DNA of 61,199 bases from Nitrospirales bacterium (lineage in GTDB: Bacteria > Nitrospirota > Nitrospiria > Nitrospirales > UBA8639). Below are positions 1 through 9,670 of this stretch, piece after piece. The notes below the pieces were generated by a model that was not told the origin of the DNA, did no database searches, and saw only the letters and a program-made list of their open reading frames with translations. The stretch's first letter is position 1. The number at the start of each line of letters is the position of its first letter. The translations under genes were made by a program, and so were the position numbers. The DNA is taken from assembly GCA_021604365.1 (NCBI GenBank), contig BQIZ01000001.1:1-61199 (forward strand). Reading direction: 5' to 3'.

Positions 1-277
1 TCGGAAATGAATAGTTGACGGAACAGTCTGGCAATGGTGGTCCCCAGAATATGCCGAAACCTCGTGTGCACATGGACTTCACGGGGATCACGATAAGATT
101 GGGAGCCACCAATATAGTGCTTGAAATCCGGAAGCGTGGAAATGGGATGGGGTTGGTGGATGTAGGGAGAGTCACTTGGCATCGCCTCCTTAGGCATATG
201 ATGCAATTAAGATTTTGGGGGATCCTTTTTTCGTTCTATGTAGTCCATGGGGTTCTGTTTTTATGGGGTCCAGGAGG

Positions 278-354
278 GTGAGAAGCAAGGCGTAAAGGAG
301 GTGTGAGGGGTTCTTTGAATCCTTACTTTTCACTCCTCTATCAATCCTCTCCCT
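278..354. repeat. Degenerate purine-rich heptamer run followed by a complementary pyrimidine-rich run
   Basis: GTGAGAA GCAAGGC GTAAAGG..GTGAGGG, then CCTTACT TTTCACT CCTCTAT. Confidence 0.55.
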
Positions 355-388
355 GTTTGGTTTGGATCAATTGACGATAAAGGACGAT

Positions 389-1228
389 ATGATGACGACA
401 ACGTTGAGTGATAAAGAATTTGAACAGTTTAAATACTTAATTTATCAGCAGGTCGGTATTACCCTCGATGCCCCGAAAAAAACGCTTTTAGTTTCTCGTT
501 TGGGAAAACGTCTTCGGGATCTTCAGCTTTCCTCCTATCAGGCGTATTACGACCGTGTGAGCGGGGAAGGTGGAGAAGAAGAGTTGATGAAGTTGTTGGA
601 TCTTGTGTCAACGAATAAAACTGATTTTTATCGGGAGCCTGTGCATTTTGATTTTCTCCGCGAACAGATTCTTCCAGAAATGCAACCGGCCAAGACTTTG
701 AGGATTTGGTCTTCCGCGTCTTCTTCCGGGGAAGAACCCTATACGATTGCCATGACCTTGTTCGATGCTATTGCCGATATCAATCGATGGGACATAAAAA
801 TTCTTGCGTCCGATATTTCTACACGGGTGTTGGCAAAGGCCTCTTCGGGTATCTATGAGGAGGAGCGGGTGAGGCAACTTTCCAATGATCTTGTGAAGCG
901 ACATTTTCTCCGTGGGAAAGGCCCGCAAGAAGGGAAACTACAGGTGCGCCCTCAGATCGCGCGCCTTGTGGCCTTTCGACGGATAAATTTGATGGATCCG
1001 ACATTTCCTATACGCAGTCAACTGGATGTGATTTTTTGTCGGAATGTGATGATTTATTTCGATCGTCCTACACAAGCCAAACTCATGAATAAGTTTTTCC
1101 GATATCTCCGCCCTGGTGGATATTTGTTTATCGGGCATTCCGAAAGCTTGCAATGGATCGATCATCAATTTAGGTATCTGCGCCCAACCATTTATCAAAA
1201 ACCGGTCAGCGTGAAGAGTGAGGAGTAG
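389..1228 (+). CDS. cheR: Chemotaxis protein methyltransferase CheR
   Basis: Motifs STNKTDFYRE, LRIWSSASSSGEEPYTIA, ASDIS, IFCRNVMIYFD and GYLFIGHSES. Start moved to the ATG at 389, after an AAGGA RBS. Confidence 0.96.
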   Translation: MMTTTLSDKEFEQFKYLIYQQVGITLDAPKKTLLVSRLGKRLRDLQLSSYQAYYDRVSGEGGEEELMKLLDLVSTNKTDFYREPVHFDFLREQILPEMQPAKTLRIWSSASSSGEEPYTIAMTLFDAIADINRWDIKILASDISTRVLAKASSGIYEEERVRQLSNDLVKRHFLRGKGPQEGKLQVRPQIARLVAFRRINLMDPTFPIRSQLDVIFCRNVMIYFDRPTQAKLMNKFFRYLRPGGYLFIGHSESLQWIDHQFRYLRPTIYQKPVSVKSEE

Positions 1229-1310
1229 GGGGTGAAGGGTAAGTAGGGAGAAGTGGGGAAGTGGAAATCTTCATCACGTTTCTCCTGGTTCTGACTGTTC
1301 TCTCCGTACC
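1211..1310. repeat. Degenerate heptamer tandem repeat (GTGAGGA-like) with a loose complementary arm
   Basis: GTGAAGA GTGAGGA GTAGGGG GTGAAGG GTAAGTA GGGAGAA GTGGGGAA GTGGAAA, then a pyrimidine-rich tract. It overlaps the last codons of cheR. Confidence 0.65.
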
Positions 1311-1321
1311 TTAAGGAAATT

Positions 1322-1930
1322 ATGTCATCGACAGGACTGATGGAATTTGGGCATATTCGGCGGATGCAGGATACCCGCTTCCCCTATGAAGTGGCCGTCA
1401 TTCTCCCAGGCGAATATTTTGTAAGCCGGGAACCCAAAGTTGTTTATACGGTATTAGGTTCCTGTATCTCGGTGTGTTTGCGGGATCCAGAAGCCGGCGT
1501 GGGAGGGATGAATCATTTTATGTTAGCCGCACCTTCCAATACTGAAGGACACGATAATTGGGCGGATTCAGGACGATATGGGAGTTTTGCCATGGAAATG
1601 CTGATGAACGATATTTTTAAACGTGGCGGGAAAAAGGAGCGGCTTGAAGCGAAGGTTTTTGGCGGGGGGAAAATTTATGATGGCACCATTGATATTGGGG
1701 CTCAAAATACCGCTTGGGCTCTCGCCTTTTTGGAACAGGAAGGTCTGTCGCCTATTAAGGCGGATGTCGGAGATGTTTGTCCGCGGAAGGTGTACTATTT
1801 CACCGATTCGGGGAAAGTACTCATGAAAAAGCTCGACCGTGTGGTGGCGAGTTCAATCGCACAAGAAGAGGTGCAGTATCGAAGGAAGCTTCAACATGCT
1901 CCTGTGCAGTCCGATGTCACACTTTTTTGA
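1322..1930 (+). CDS. cheD: Chemoreceptor glutamine deamidase CheD
   Basis: TVLGSCISVCL, GGMNHFML, RYGSFAME, EAKVFGGG and a C-terminal DVTLF tail. Lies between cheR and cheB. Confidence 0.95.
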   Translation: MSSTGLMEFGHIRRMQDTRFPYEVAVILPGEYFVSREPKVVYTVLGSCISVCLRDPEAGVGGMNHFMLAAPSNTEGHDNWADSGRYGSFAMEMLMNDIFKRGGKKERLEAKVFGGGKIYDGTIDIGAQNTAWALAFLEQEGLSPIKADVGDVCPRKVYYFTDSGKVLMKKLDRVVASSIAQEEVQYRRKLQHAPVQSDVTLF

Positions 1931-1936
1931 GAAAAC

Positions 1937-2032
1937 ACGAGAAGTGCATGGAGTAAGGCGTGAGGAGAGAAGAATGTCCAGAGAACAGACCATCTTCTTT
2001 TTATTGTTGACTCCTCACTGGTTACTCTTTTC
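1937..2032. repeat. Degenerate heptamer repeat and complementary arm between cheD and cheB
   Basis: GTAAGGC GTGAGGA GAGAAGA ... ACTCCTCAC TGGTTAC TCTTTTC. Confidence 0.55.
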
Positions 2033-2050
2033 TGAATTAGGGGGATCACT

Positions 2051-3118
2051 ATGAATGGTAAAAAAATCCGCGTGTTGATTGTTGATGACTCGGCGTTGAT
2101 TCGGAATGTTATGACGGAGATTTTATCGCAAGATTCTGAAATCGAGGTGGTCGGAACCGCTCCTGACCCGTATGTCGCCAGGGATAAGATGAAAGCCCTT
2201 CACCCTGATGTCCTGACCCTGGATGTGGAAATGCCAAAAATGGATGGACTCACCTTTTTGCAGAAAATCATGGCCGCGCGCCCTATGCCTGTGGTGATGG
2301 TGAGTTCCTTGACTGAACAAGGCGCGGCGACCACGTTACAGGCCTTGGAAGCCGGTGCGGTGGATTTTGTGACGAAGCCCACGGTGGATATTCAGCATGG
2401 CCTGTCGGACTTAGGTCATCAAATCATTAGCAAAGTGAAAATCGCGGCCCAGGCCAGCGTGAAAAGACGAACTCCACCGGCCGACTGTACTGAACGGATT
2501 AAAGTGCTGGCTGCCCAATCCGCAATGATTAAGACAACTGACACGATTATCGCTATCGGGGCGTCTACGGGTGGGACCGAAGCGCTCCGGGAATTATTGG
2601 AGGTGCTGCCACCGAATACCCCACCCATTATTATGACACAGCATATGCCCGAACAATTTACCAAATCGTTTGCCAATCGGCTGAATGACCTGTGTCAGAT
2701 TCACGTGAAAGAAGCTCGTGAAGGTGACAGCGTCATGCCCGGACAGGCCTTGTTGGCGCCGGGTAATTTTCATATGGAACTTCGCCGGAGCGGTGCCCGC
2801 TATTATGTCTCACTTAATCAAGAGCCGCAGGTCAACCGTTTTCGTCCATCCGTGGACGTCATGTTTCGATCGGTCGCCCGGTATGCCGGAGGGAATAGTC
2901 TCGGGGTAATTCTGACCGGCATGGGGAGTGACGGAGCTGTGGGAATGGTCGAAATGAAACAGGCCGGAGCATATAACTTTGCCCAGGATGAAGCATCCTG
3001 TGTCGTTTTTGGGATGCCCAAAGAGGCCATTAAGGCTGGAGGAGTGGACAAAATTCTTCCGTTAAACGATATTCCTGCGGCTTTGTTGGCTCATTTGAAA
3101 ATGTTGGCTCCCCGTTAA
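2051..3118 (+). CDS. cheB: Chemotaxis response regulator methylesterase CheB
   Basis: REC domain (VLIVDDS, LTLDVEMP) plus a methylesterase domain with GASTGG, QHMP, RPSVD and LTGMGSDG. Confidence 0.97.
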   Translation: MNGKKIRVLIVDDSALIRNVMTEILSQDSEIEVVGTAPDPYVARDKMKALHPDVLTLDVEMPKMDGLTFLQKIMAARPMPVVMVSSLTEQGAATTLQALEAGAVDFVTKPTVDIQHGLSDLGHQIISKVKIAAQASVKRRTPPADCTERIKVLAAQSAMIKTTDTIIAIGASTGGTEALRELLEVLPPNTPPIIMTQHMPEQFTKSFANRLNDLCQIHVKEAREGDSVMPGQALLAPGNFHMELRRSGARYYVSLNQEPQVNRFRPSVDVMFRSVARYAGGNSLGVILTGMGSDGAVGMVEMKQAGAYNFAQDEASCVVFGMPKEAIKAGGVDKILPLNDIPAALLAHLKMLAPR

Positions 3119-3457
3119 TGGGGCCTCATGGGTATGTCGGATACTGCGGCATGAACATGATTGTCTTTCCGATGGTTATTATTTGATTTTTCTTCCATCG
3201 AATCAGGACTACAAAAAATTTTCGAGAGTTCGTTCTCTTGTCTTTGTTAGGGCCTTCTCTGCCGGACGGTGAGGTCTGTTAGAATGCTTTTGAGCTCACA
3301 TCTCCTTTTTCTTGAATTTTAAGGTGCCATAGAGAACAGGGTGCCATGGTTCTGCATCTTTCTTGAAGGACGGGGAGATGTGCCTTCCGTTGTATCGATA
3401 TTGGAGGAGGGAGTCTATCTCAAACGGTGAATATTCATCCGTTTCCTTATTTTTCCC

Positions 3458-4302
3458 ATGACAAGTACACCAAGAAATTCCTTTGAATATACCATTTATA
3501 TTCGGAATCTGATTCGGGTGGGGTCAGGCATGGTTTTAGAGTCGTAGATAAAAATAGTTATTGCAATCACGGCTTGAGCTGTTGGCCAAACAGGAGGATT
3601 CCGGATCAATGGTCGATCTGGTTCCTCAAATCCGACACACCTTCTATAGCCTTTTTCACAGAAAGGTTGTGGAAGTTATGACCATCAATGAAACAAGATT
3701 TTTTCTCGATTTCATTTCAAAGGCAAAAAGACCGACTCCTGCGGGAAGTGATGCAAGCCAATCGGGACGCCAAGCGTTTACCTATCTGATGCGGGGTCGG
3801 TTTCAACGAAGAGAAAACCTGTTCAATTCTCTTAACAATTTTGCATAATTTTCCAGAAATGATGGCCTGAAATATTCGTTTGATCGCCATCGATATTTCC
3901 CGGGAAATGATCAAACGTGGCCAGGAAGGGCGATATGGATGATTCGATGAAAGTAGAGGTTTTTCCCTCTCTTACCTCAATACCTACTTTTCATGGCAAA
4001 GGGTAGAATGGCAGATTGGTGAAGATGTGCAGAATATGATCGAATTTCTGGAAATGAATCTTGCCAGTTCGTGGCTGGTCCTTCCAAGAATCAATCTGGG
4101 GTTTATCCGAAATGTCATCGTGTATTTCGATATGGAGGCAAAGAAAGACATTCATCGGCGTAATCGAGGCATTCTCGCGACTCATAGGTATTTGATTTTA
4201 GAAGCCACGGAAACGACAAACACAGTGGCTGATCATATCGAGCCTGTGTCGGTAAACATTTCCTCAGTGTACCGAGTAAGGACGAATTTACGGAGGGTTT
4301 AG
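3458..4302 (+). pseudogene. cheR: Decayed second CheR methyltransferase (at least 2 frameshifts and 4 in-frame stops)
   Basis: Three successive frames give YIRNLIRVGSGMVLE*, then QSRLELLAKQE..VVEVMTINETRFFLD, then RLPI*CG..MA*NIRLIAIDISREMIKRGQEGRY..EWQI..IEFLEMNL..FIRNVIVYFD..YLILEATET. These are colinear with CheR motifs. Stops at 3545, 3787, 3868 and 3940. Confidence 0.85.
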
Positions 4303-4582
4303 TTCTTTGTCTTGCTAATCTTTTTAAACCGCCTCACTCGAATGTCCTAATATTTCAATAAATTTCGTATGTGTTCTTTGGTGAGCTCAGGAGAGTGTTC
4401 GACAGGCTCCCTCCAATGGATTGCTCACTAAATGAGGACGAACTGTGTGCTGATCTTATTTCGAATTGTCAGGAAGTCCGGGTGCATAGGACGGTATGGT
4501 GCCAACTTGGTCGCATCATCCACAGTCTCTTTGATTGTTATTAAGTGAGGCAATCTAAGGTTGAAGGGATAGCAGGAATGGT

Positions 4583-4609
4583 TAATTCTTTGTGAACCCT
4601 CACCGATAA
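4583..4609 (+). promoter_or_regulatory. Putative sigma28 (FliA) promoter upstream of the STAS gene
   Basis: TAATTCTT-N11-ACCGATAA versus the consensus TAAAGTTT-N11-GCCGATAA. Confidence 0.5.
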
Positions 4610-4671
4610 GGGGAATTGGATGATCACAGGATAGTCAAGAAGGTTTCTTGGTATACACCATGGAGGAGTTT

Positions 4672-5019
4672 ATGAATGTCACGCAAGAAAAAATTGAGAA
4701 AGCCGTGGTCATACATTTGGCTGGACGGTTTGACTTTGGCGCAAAAAAAACATTCAAGGACAGTTTAGATGAGGCAATGAAAGAGGGATCGCCGATAGTC
4801 TTGGATTTTGGGCAGGTGTCGTTTGTGGATAGTTCCGCCTTGGGTCTTTTGGTGATTGCTCATCAAACTCTCAAAAGTAGAAAAATTCCTTTTAGCCTGG
4901 TGAACCCGCAAACGTATGTTCGTCAGGTCTTGGATTTAGCCAATGTCGCCAAAATGATTCCCATTTATCAGACAATAGATGAGATAACTCAATTGCCGGT
5001 TGTGCCATCAGGAGTGTAA
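4672..5019 (+). CDS. STAS-domain anti-sigma-factor antagonist
   Basis: LAGRFDF, LDFGQVSFVDSSALG (phosphorylatable Ser). GGAGGA RBS before the ATG at 4672. Confidence 0.9.
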   Translation: MNVTQEKIEKAVVIHLAGRFDFGAKKTFKDSLDEAMKEGSPIVLDFGQVSFVDSSALGLLVIAHQTLKSRKIPFSLVNPQTYVRQVLDLANVAKMIPIYQTIDEITQLPVVPSGV

Positions 5020-5312
5020 TCCTCATTTTTCTTTATCCGGCTTTAATGCTCTCTCTCCAATGGAATCCAGATATGGATCGTGAAACGTAAAAGATGAGCG
5101 TGAGGGTAAGAAACGAATGGCCACATTTTCCCATCATCTCTGCCGGTCGTTAGTGGGGATCTATCTGAAAAAGCAAAGAAGGATTTCCGATGCAAAATGT
5201 CGGGAATGCCAGTGTATGATGGAAGGCGAAGGTGTGAGGGGACAGGTCTGTTCCTGACTCTTCCTGATTCAATAATGTAAGCAAAAGCCTTTCTTACGGA
5301 GAGCACTCATCT

Positions 5313-6581
5313 ATGCCGACTCGAAAGCGTCTAGCCTGTTCACAGATATGTGCAGGCATGTATTTGGTTCGAATCCTCGATTCCTGGTGGAAGTCGCCGT
5401 TCTTTCGTCATCGCCGACTTCTTTCCTCCCACGATGTGCAGCAATTGCTTCAATCCGGAATTCATGAAGTCGAAATTGATACTGCCAAGGGGCTCGATGT
5501 GTCGCCCGATGCAGAATCCTTTCCAGTCGAGGATACCCAGGAGTGTCATCCGGATTCAGAAAGGTCTTCCAGTCAGGATGATTCATCCAGCCAAGCGCCC
5601 ACGTCATGCGCTCCAGAAAGAAAAGACGGACGGGATGATGAACATCAAGAACGGTTAATCCGGTTTCGCGGAGATACGATTACGGCTTTGGAAGACATGT
5701 TCGAAGGCGTCAAAACCGGCCAGATCATTCCTCATGTCCCTATGCAGGAGGCGGCCAAGGCATTGGTTGAAAAGGCGTTAGCTCACCCTACTGTGGTCGC
5801 CGAGATCCTCCTGATTGAGCATCTTGAACAGTTCGATCCCACTCTTTACTCGCATGTCGTCGATACCGCCTTGATGTCGATTCTGGTTGGCCTTCAACTC
5901 AAGTGGGAGGTGAAGCAGCTTGAAGAGGTCGCCGTGGCCGCGCTATTACATGATGTCGGCTATATGCGGCTTCCGCTCAACGTCGTCCAGGCACGGTGGG
6001 GAAGCATTGGGATTGATTATTCGTTGTTGCAGCAACATGTCGATATGAGTGTGGCACTGATTAATAAAAAAACGCAATTTTCTCAGGGAATCGTTCAAAT
6101 TGTACAGGAGCATCATGCTTATTTAGACGGATCAGGATATTCCACGGTTATAGGGGGGAACCCGGTCTCTGATTCTGGGACTTTATTGGGCCTCACTGAT
6201 TATGTTGACGAGTTGCTTGCTGTCGGGAATTCCTCCGGATCATTTCCTGTGGCCTTGGCAATCCGCCGAGTTTACCAGGAGGCCAAAAGTGGGAAGTTCC
6301 CGACACGGTTTGTCGAAGCCATGATTCGGGTGTTGGGGGTCTATCCTGTGGGCACGGTTGTTCAACTTTCCACTGGTGAGGATGCCGTGGTGGTGAAACA
6401 GAATCCTGAGATGAGTGTGAGACCACAGGTTAAAATTATCAAGACCTGCACGGGCGAAATCCTTAAGAAGCCAGAAGTGAAAAATTTAGGGATCCCTTCA
6501 GAATTGAAGTATGAAGTAAAGATTACAAAAGTGCTCGATTCTGCGGATTCTTCTATAAATCTTCGAGAAATCCTGTCATAA
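5313..6581 (+). CDS. DUF3391 / HD-GYP-family protein with degenerate motifs
   Basis: N-terminal GMYLVRILDSWWKSPF (DUF3391-like), LLHDVG, QEHHAYLDGSGYS and a C-terminal GVYPVGTVVQLSTGE..RPQV. Confidence 0.85.
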   Translation: MPTRKRLACSQICAGMYLVRILDSWWKSPFFRHRRLLSSHDVQQLLQSGIHEVEIDTAKGLDVSPDAESFPVEDTQECHPDSERSSSQDDSSSQAPTSCAPERKDGRDDEHQERLIRFRGDTITALEDMFEGVKTGQIIPHVPMQEAAKALVEKALAHPTVVAEILLIEHLEQFDPTLYSHVVDTALMSILVGLQLKWEVKQLEEVAVAALLHDVGYMRLPLNVVQARWGSIGIDYSLLQQHVDMSVALINKKTQFSQGIVQIVQEHHAYLDGSGYSTVIGGNPVSDSGTLLGLTDYVDELLAVGNSSGSFPVALAIRRVYQEAKSGKFPTRFVEAMIRVLGVYPVGTVVQLSTGEDAVVVKQNPEMSVRPQVKIIKTCTGEILKKPEVKNLGIPSELKYEVKITKVLDSADSSINLREILS

Positions 6582-6584
6582 CTT

Positions 6585-9500
6585 ATGTGGTCAAATTCTC
6601 TCTTGTTTCAGACTCTATGGGATGGCCTGATGATCGGGGTGTGTCTAGTTGATCGGAATGGTCAATTAACACATATGAATTTGGCCGGCTCACGTCTGTT
6701 AGGGTGGGGAGCAGCCTGTCCCACGAATGTTTCGTGTCATGATCTCTTGGAATGTCTGGTCCTCTGTGAAAAAAATCATACAGAAATCTGCCCTCTTTCA
6801 GGATTACTACTAGAAAAAAGCATGCTATGGGTTCCACGGACTCGTTTGCGAAGTCGGCAGGGGACATGGTGTTGGGTGGAATTGAAAGGGCTTGTGGTAG
6901 ATGACGTGGAGGCTTCGGGATACTTGTTGATGTTTCGAGATCTCAGTTCAGAAATGAAATTAACCGAAGAAACCCGCCGATTAGCGTCCATTCCGAAGGA
7001 AAATCCCTTCCCTGTGATTGAAGTGGATGCGGCGGGACAACTTCTGTATGCCAATCCCGCTATGGTTCGCCTGATGGAGGAAGCCCGTATCGGTCAGGAC
7101 GGTTTTTCCACGGCTTTGCCGGATCGGTTTTTGGATTTGGCTAGGCGTTGTTTGTCACAAAAACATCTAGAGATGCATTACGAGGTGAGTGTTGGGGAGA
7201 GGCAATATTCCTGGACATTTGCTCCCCATGCGGATTTGGGATTACTTCGCGGGTATGGCATGGATATCACCGAACCAAAGCGAGCCGCTGCAGAAATGTC
7301 GGCCTTTGCGGATACCTTGGAAGCGAAAAATCATGAACTGGACCATGCGTTAATTAAGGCTGAATCTGCTACTCGAGCCAAGGCCGCGTTTCTGGCTGTG
7401 ATGAGTCATGAAATTCGCACGCCCTTAAACGGAGTGATTGGTATGGCGGAGGTCTTGCTTGCTTCATCTCTTGATAAAGAGCAACAGGAATGTGTCAACA
7501 TTATCCGTATGTCGGGTGAGGGGTTGCTTACCATCATTAATGATATTTTGGATTTTTCCAAACTTGAATCTGGTCAATTGGTATTGGAAAGCATTGGGTT
7601 CAATTTGACGTCTCTATTTGAAGAGGTCGTCGATCTGTTTTCAGAGCGGGCTCATCGAAAGGGTCTAGATTTGGCAGCCTATGTCGACCCGGATGTACCC
7701 TCCGAGCTGTTTGGCGATCCTCACCGTTTGCGACAAATTCTATGTAATTATCTTTCAAATGCGCTGAAATTTACGATGGAGGGATCCGTTTTGCTGCGCG
7801 GTTCGCTGATTCATCCAACGAATCCTGAGTGTGATGGTTCCCTGGATGGGCTGAATGATCTTTCCGGTGAGCCGGGTGAAAACACTCGGTTGTGGGTTCG
7901 ATTGTCGACCCAAGACACCGGCCTAGGTGTGTCCGAGGAGGTTCAGCAAAAAATTTTTCACGTGTTTACTCAGGCGGATAGCTCCATGAGCCGAAAATTT
8001 GGGGGGTCCGGTTTAGGGTTAGCGATTTGCAAGCAATTAGCCGAGTTGATGCACGGGACTGTCGGGATGAGGAGTCAACCCGATCAGGGATCGACATTTT
8101 GGTGTGACATTCCCTGTCGGGCATCACGGACTATTCATGCGCCACGCACTGACGTCAGATCCCTTGCTGGCAAGGAGGTCTGGGTGATCGGCCCCCAACA
8201 ATCGTCTGGGTGGGTGATGGAGCAACTTCTTCAGGAAGTGCGTGTCAAGGTTGTGCAAATAGATAGCCTTCAACAGACGAACATCCTGTTTGAAAGTGTC
8301 CACGAATCAGAATGTCACCTCGCAGGGGTTATTCTGAGTAATTTTCTGGAGAAAGCGGCTGTTCGGGAATGGGTTGGACGAATACGTTCTTTTTCGCTGT
8401 TTCACAATGTCAAAGTTTTAGGTCTTAAGCCATTTTGGTTTGGCAAGGATGATGAAGAAAAAAGCTTGAGGTTTGATGGAATGATCACGCTTCCCTTACA
8501 CCGAAAGCAATTTTTTCAATGCATATTCGGCGAAATGGACGATCCCAAGCCATCAGATTTACCAAGACCCGCTGAGCGGCTTTCCGTGGAGATCGTGCAG
8601 GGGGCGTTGGAGGTCTTAGAGCCACCACTTCTCCATAAAGAGGCAGGACCTTCGGTGCTGGTTGTGGAGGATAATCCCGTCAATCAACGTGTTGCAGCGG
8701 GTATGTTAGGGAAACTAGGATGCCAAGTGACGATCGTGGATACGGGGACCCAAGCGTTGACATTCTTGCAATCCACAGATGTGGATTGCATCGTGATGGA
8801 CTGGGAACTTCCCGACATGGATGGGTTGGCCATCACTCAACATATTCGGGAATTGGAACATGCTGGAGCCTTTCTCCATACATCGGCCTATTGGCATCGC
8901 CATCATGGTTCGGCGTTTCCTCCGGTTCACCATATTCCGATTGTCGGGATGACAGCCCATGTGCTTTCTGAACATGGGCAACAATGCCTGGAGAATGGCA
9001 TGGATGATTGCCTTTTTAAGCCGGTTCATTTACGAGACTTTGAACGAATACTCCGGCAATGGGTAGGGTTTGTTCCTGGAGATGTCATAGATCAGGCCTC
9101 ATCCAAGACAGATAACAAGACTGATCGGAAGGGGACTTTTTCGGTTGGCACTAGAGACTCAGAACGGGAACACCATGAGGGAAATCCCTCCAAGTTTCCT
9201 GAGGACAGAGGGCTCTATGACGTTTCAGCCGCTTTACACGCCCTGGAGGGAGATGAGGGGTTGCTGTATTCCTTGTTCCACATTTTTAAGGCCACAACCC
9301 CGGATTTGATCAAAGGGTTACATCAAGCTATTCACATGCAGAATCGCCAAGAGCTCCAAAGACTGGCTCATCAGATGAAAGGGGCGCTGGGTGCAGTACA
9401 TGCCATGTCAGAATGGAGAGAAGCTGAACAACTTGAATGCAGGGCTGTCTCGGTAACATTTCCCCTTCTTCATTCAGCGGTCATCCAATTAGAGCAGAGG

Positions 9501-9617
9501 GTTAAACAGCTAATCTGTGTATTTGAACGTTTGATTTTTTTTCAAGGAGAAAAGGAGTGGCGGTCTCAAGCCATCTCTTTCGCTGAGGGCGGTACGCGGA
9601 ATGACCATGTTTCCTAA
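6585..9617 (+). CDS. Cytoplasmic hybrid histidine kinase (PAS-PAS-HisKA-HATPase-REC-like-REC-Hpt)
   Basis: MSHEIRTPLNG, RLRQIL..LSNALKFT, DTGLG, GGSGLGL, VVEDNPVN..MDWELPDMDG and Hpt LAHQMKG. Confidence 0.93.
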   Translation: MWSNSLLFQTLWDGLMIGVCLVDRNGQLTHMNLAGSRLLGWGAACPTNVSCHDLLECLVLCEKNHTEICPLSGLLLEKSMLWVPRTRLRSRQGTWCWVELKGLVVDDVEASGYLLMFRDLSSEMKLTEETRRLASIPKENPFPVIEVDAAGQLLYANPAMVRLMEEARIGQDGFSTALPDRFLDLARRCLSQKHLEMHYEVSVGERQYSWTFAPHADLGLLRGYGMDITEPKRAAAEMSAFADTLEAKNHELDHALIKAESATRAKAAFLAVMSHEIRTPLNGVIGMAEVLLASSLDKEQQECVNIIRMSGEGLLTIINDILDFSKLESGQLVLESIGFNLTSLFEEVVDLFSERAHRKGLDLAAYVDPDVPSELFGDPHRLRQILCNYLSNALKFTMEGSVLLRGSLIHPTNPECDGSLDGLNDLSGEPGENTRLWVRLSTQDTGLGVSEEVQQKIFHVFTQADSSMSRKFGGSGLGLAICKQLAELMHGTVGMRSQPDQGSTFWCDIPCRASRTIHAPRTDVRSLAGKEVWVIGPQQSSGWVMEQLLQEVRVKVVQIDSLQQTNILFESVHESECHLAGVILSNFLEKAAVREWVGRIRSFSLFHNVKVLGLKPFWFGKDDEEKSLRFDGMITLPLHRKQFFQCIFGEMDDPKPSDLPRPAERLSVEIVQGALEVLEPPLLHKEAGPSVLVVEDNPVNQRVAAGMLGKLGCQVTIVDTGTQALTFLQSTDVDCIVMDWELPDMDGLAITQHIRELEHAGAFLHTSAYWHRHHGSAFPPVHHIPIVGMTAHVLSEHGQQCLENGMDDCLFKPVHLRDFERILRQWVGFVPGDVIDQASSKTDNKTDRKGTFSVGTRDSEREHHEGNPSKFPEDRGLYDVSAALHALEGDEGLLYSLFHIFKATTPDLIKGLHQAIHMQNRQELQRLAHQMKGALGAVHAMSEWREAEQLECRAVSVTFPLLHSAVIQLEQRVKQLICVFERLIFFQGEKEWRSQAISFAEGGTRNDHVS

Positions 9618-9670
9618 GCCGGGATCAGTTGGTGAAGAGAGCACAATTTTCAACTATCTAAGAAGAAGTC

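Noticed and set aside
1-281. ORF 15..281 and a possible gene tail at 1-18 (SEMNS*)
   Set aside because: The ORF has a TTG start and no recognisable motif. The tail is too short to identify.
1211-1310. Repeats as a CRISPR array
   Set aside because: The units are 7 nt and degenerate, with no spacers and no cas genes.
3320-3420. Possible cheB C-terminal remnant (REQGAMVL / RGDVPSVV) upstream of the cheR relic
   Set aside because: The similarity is too weak to support by eye and needs a profile search.
3787-3942. TGA codons at Trp positions in the cheR relic, suggesting stop-codon recoding
   Set aside because: TGA ends ordinary genes here (cheD, flgF). The relic also has frameshifts, a TAG and eroded motifs, so TGG>TGA decay is the simpler explanation.
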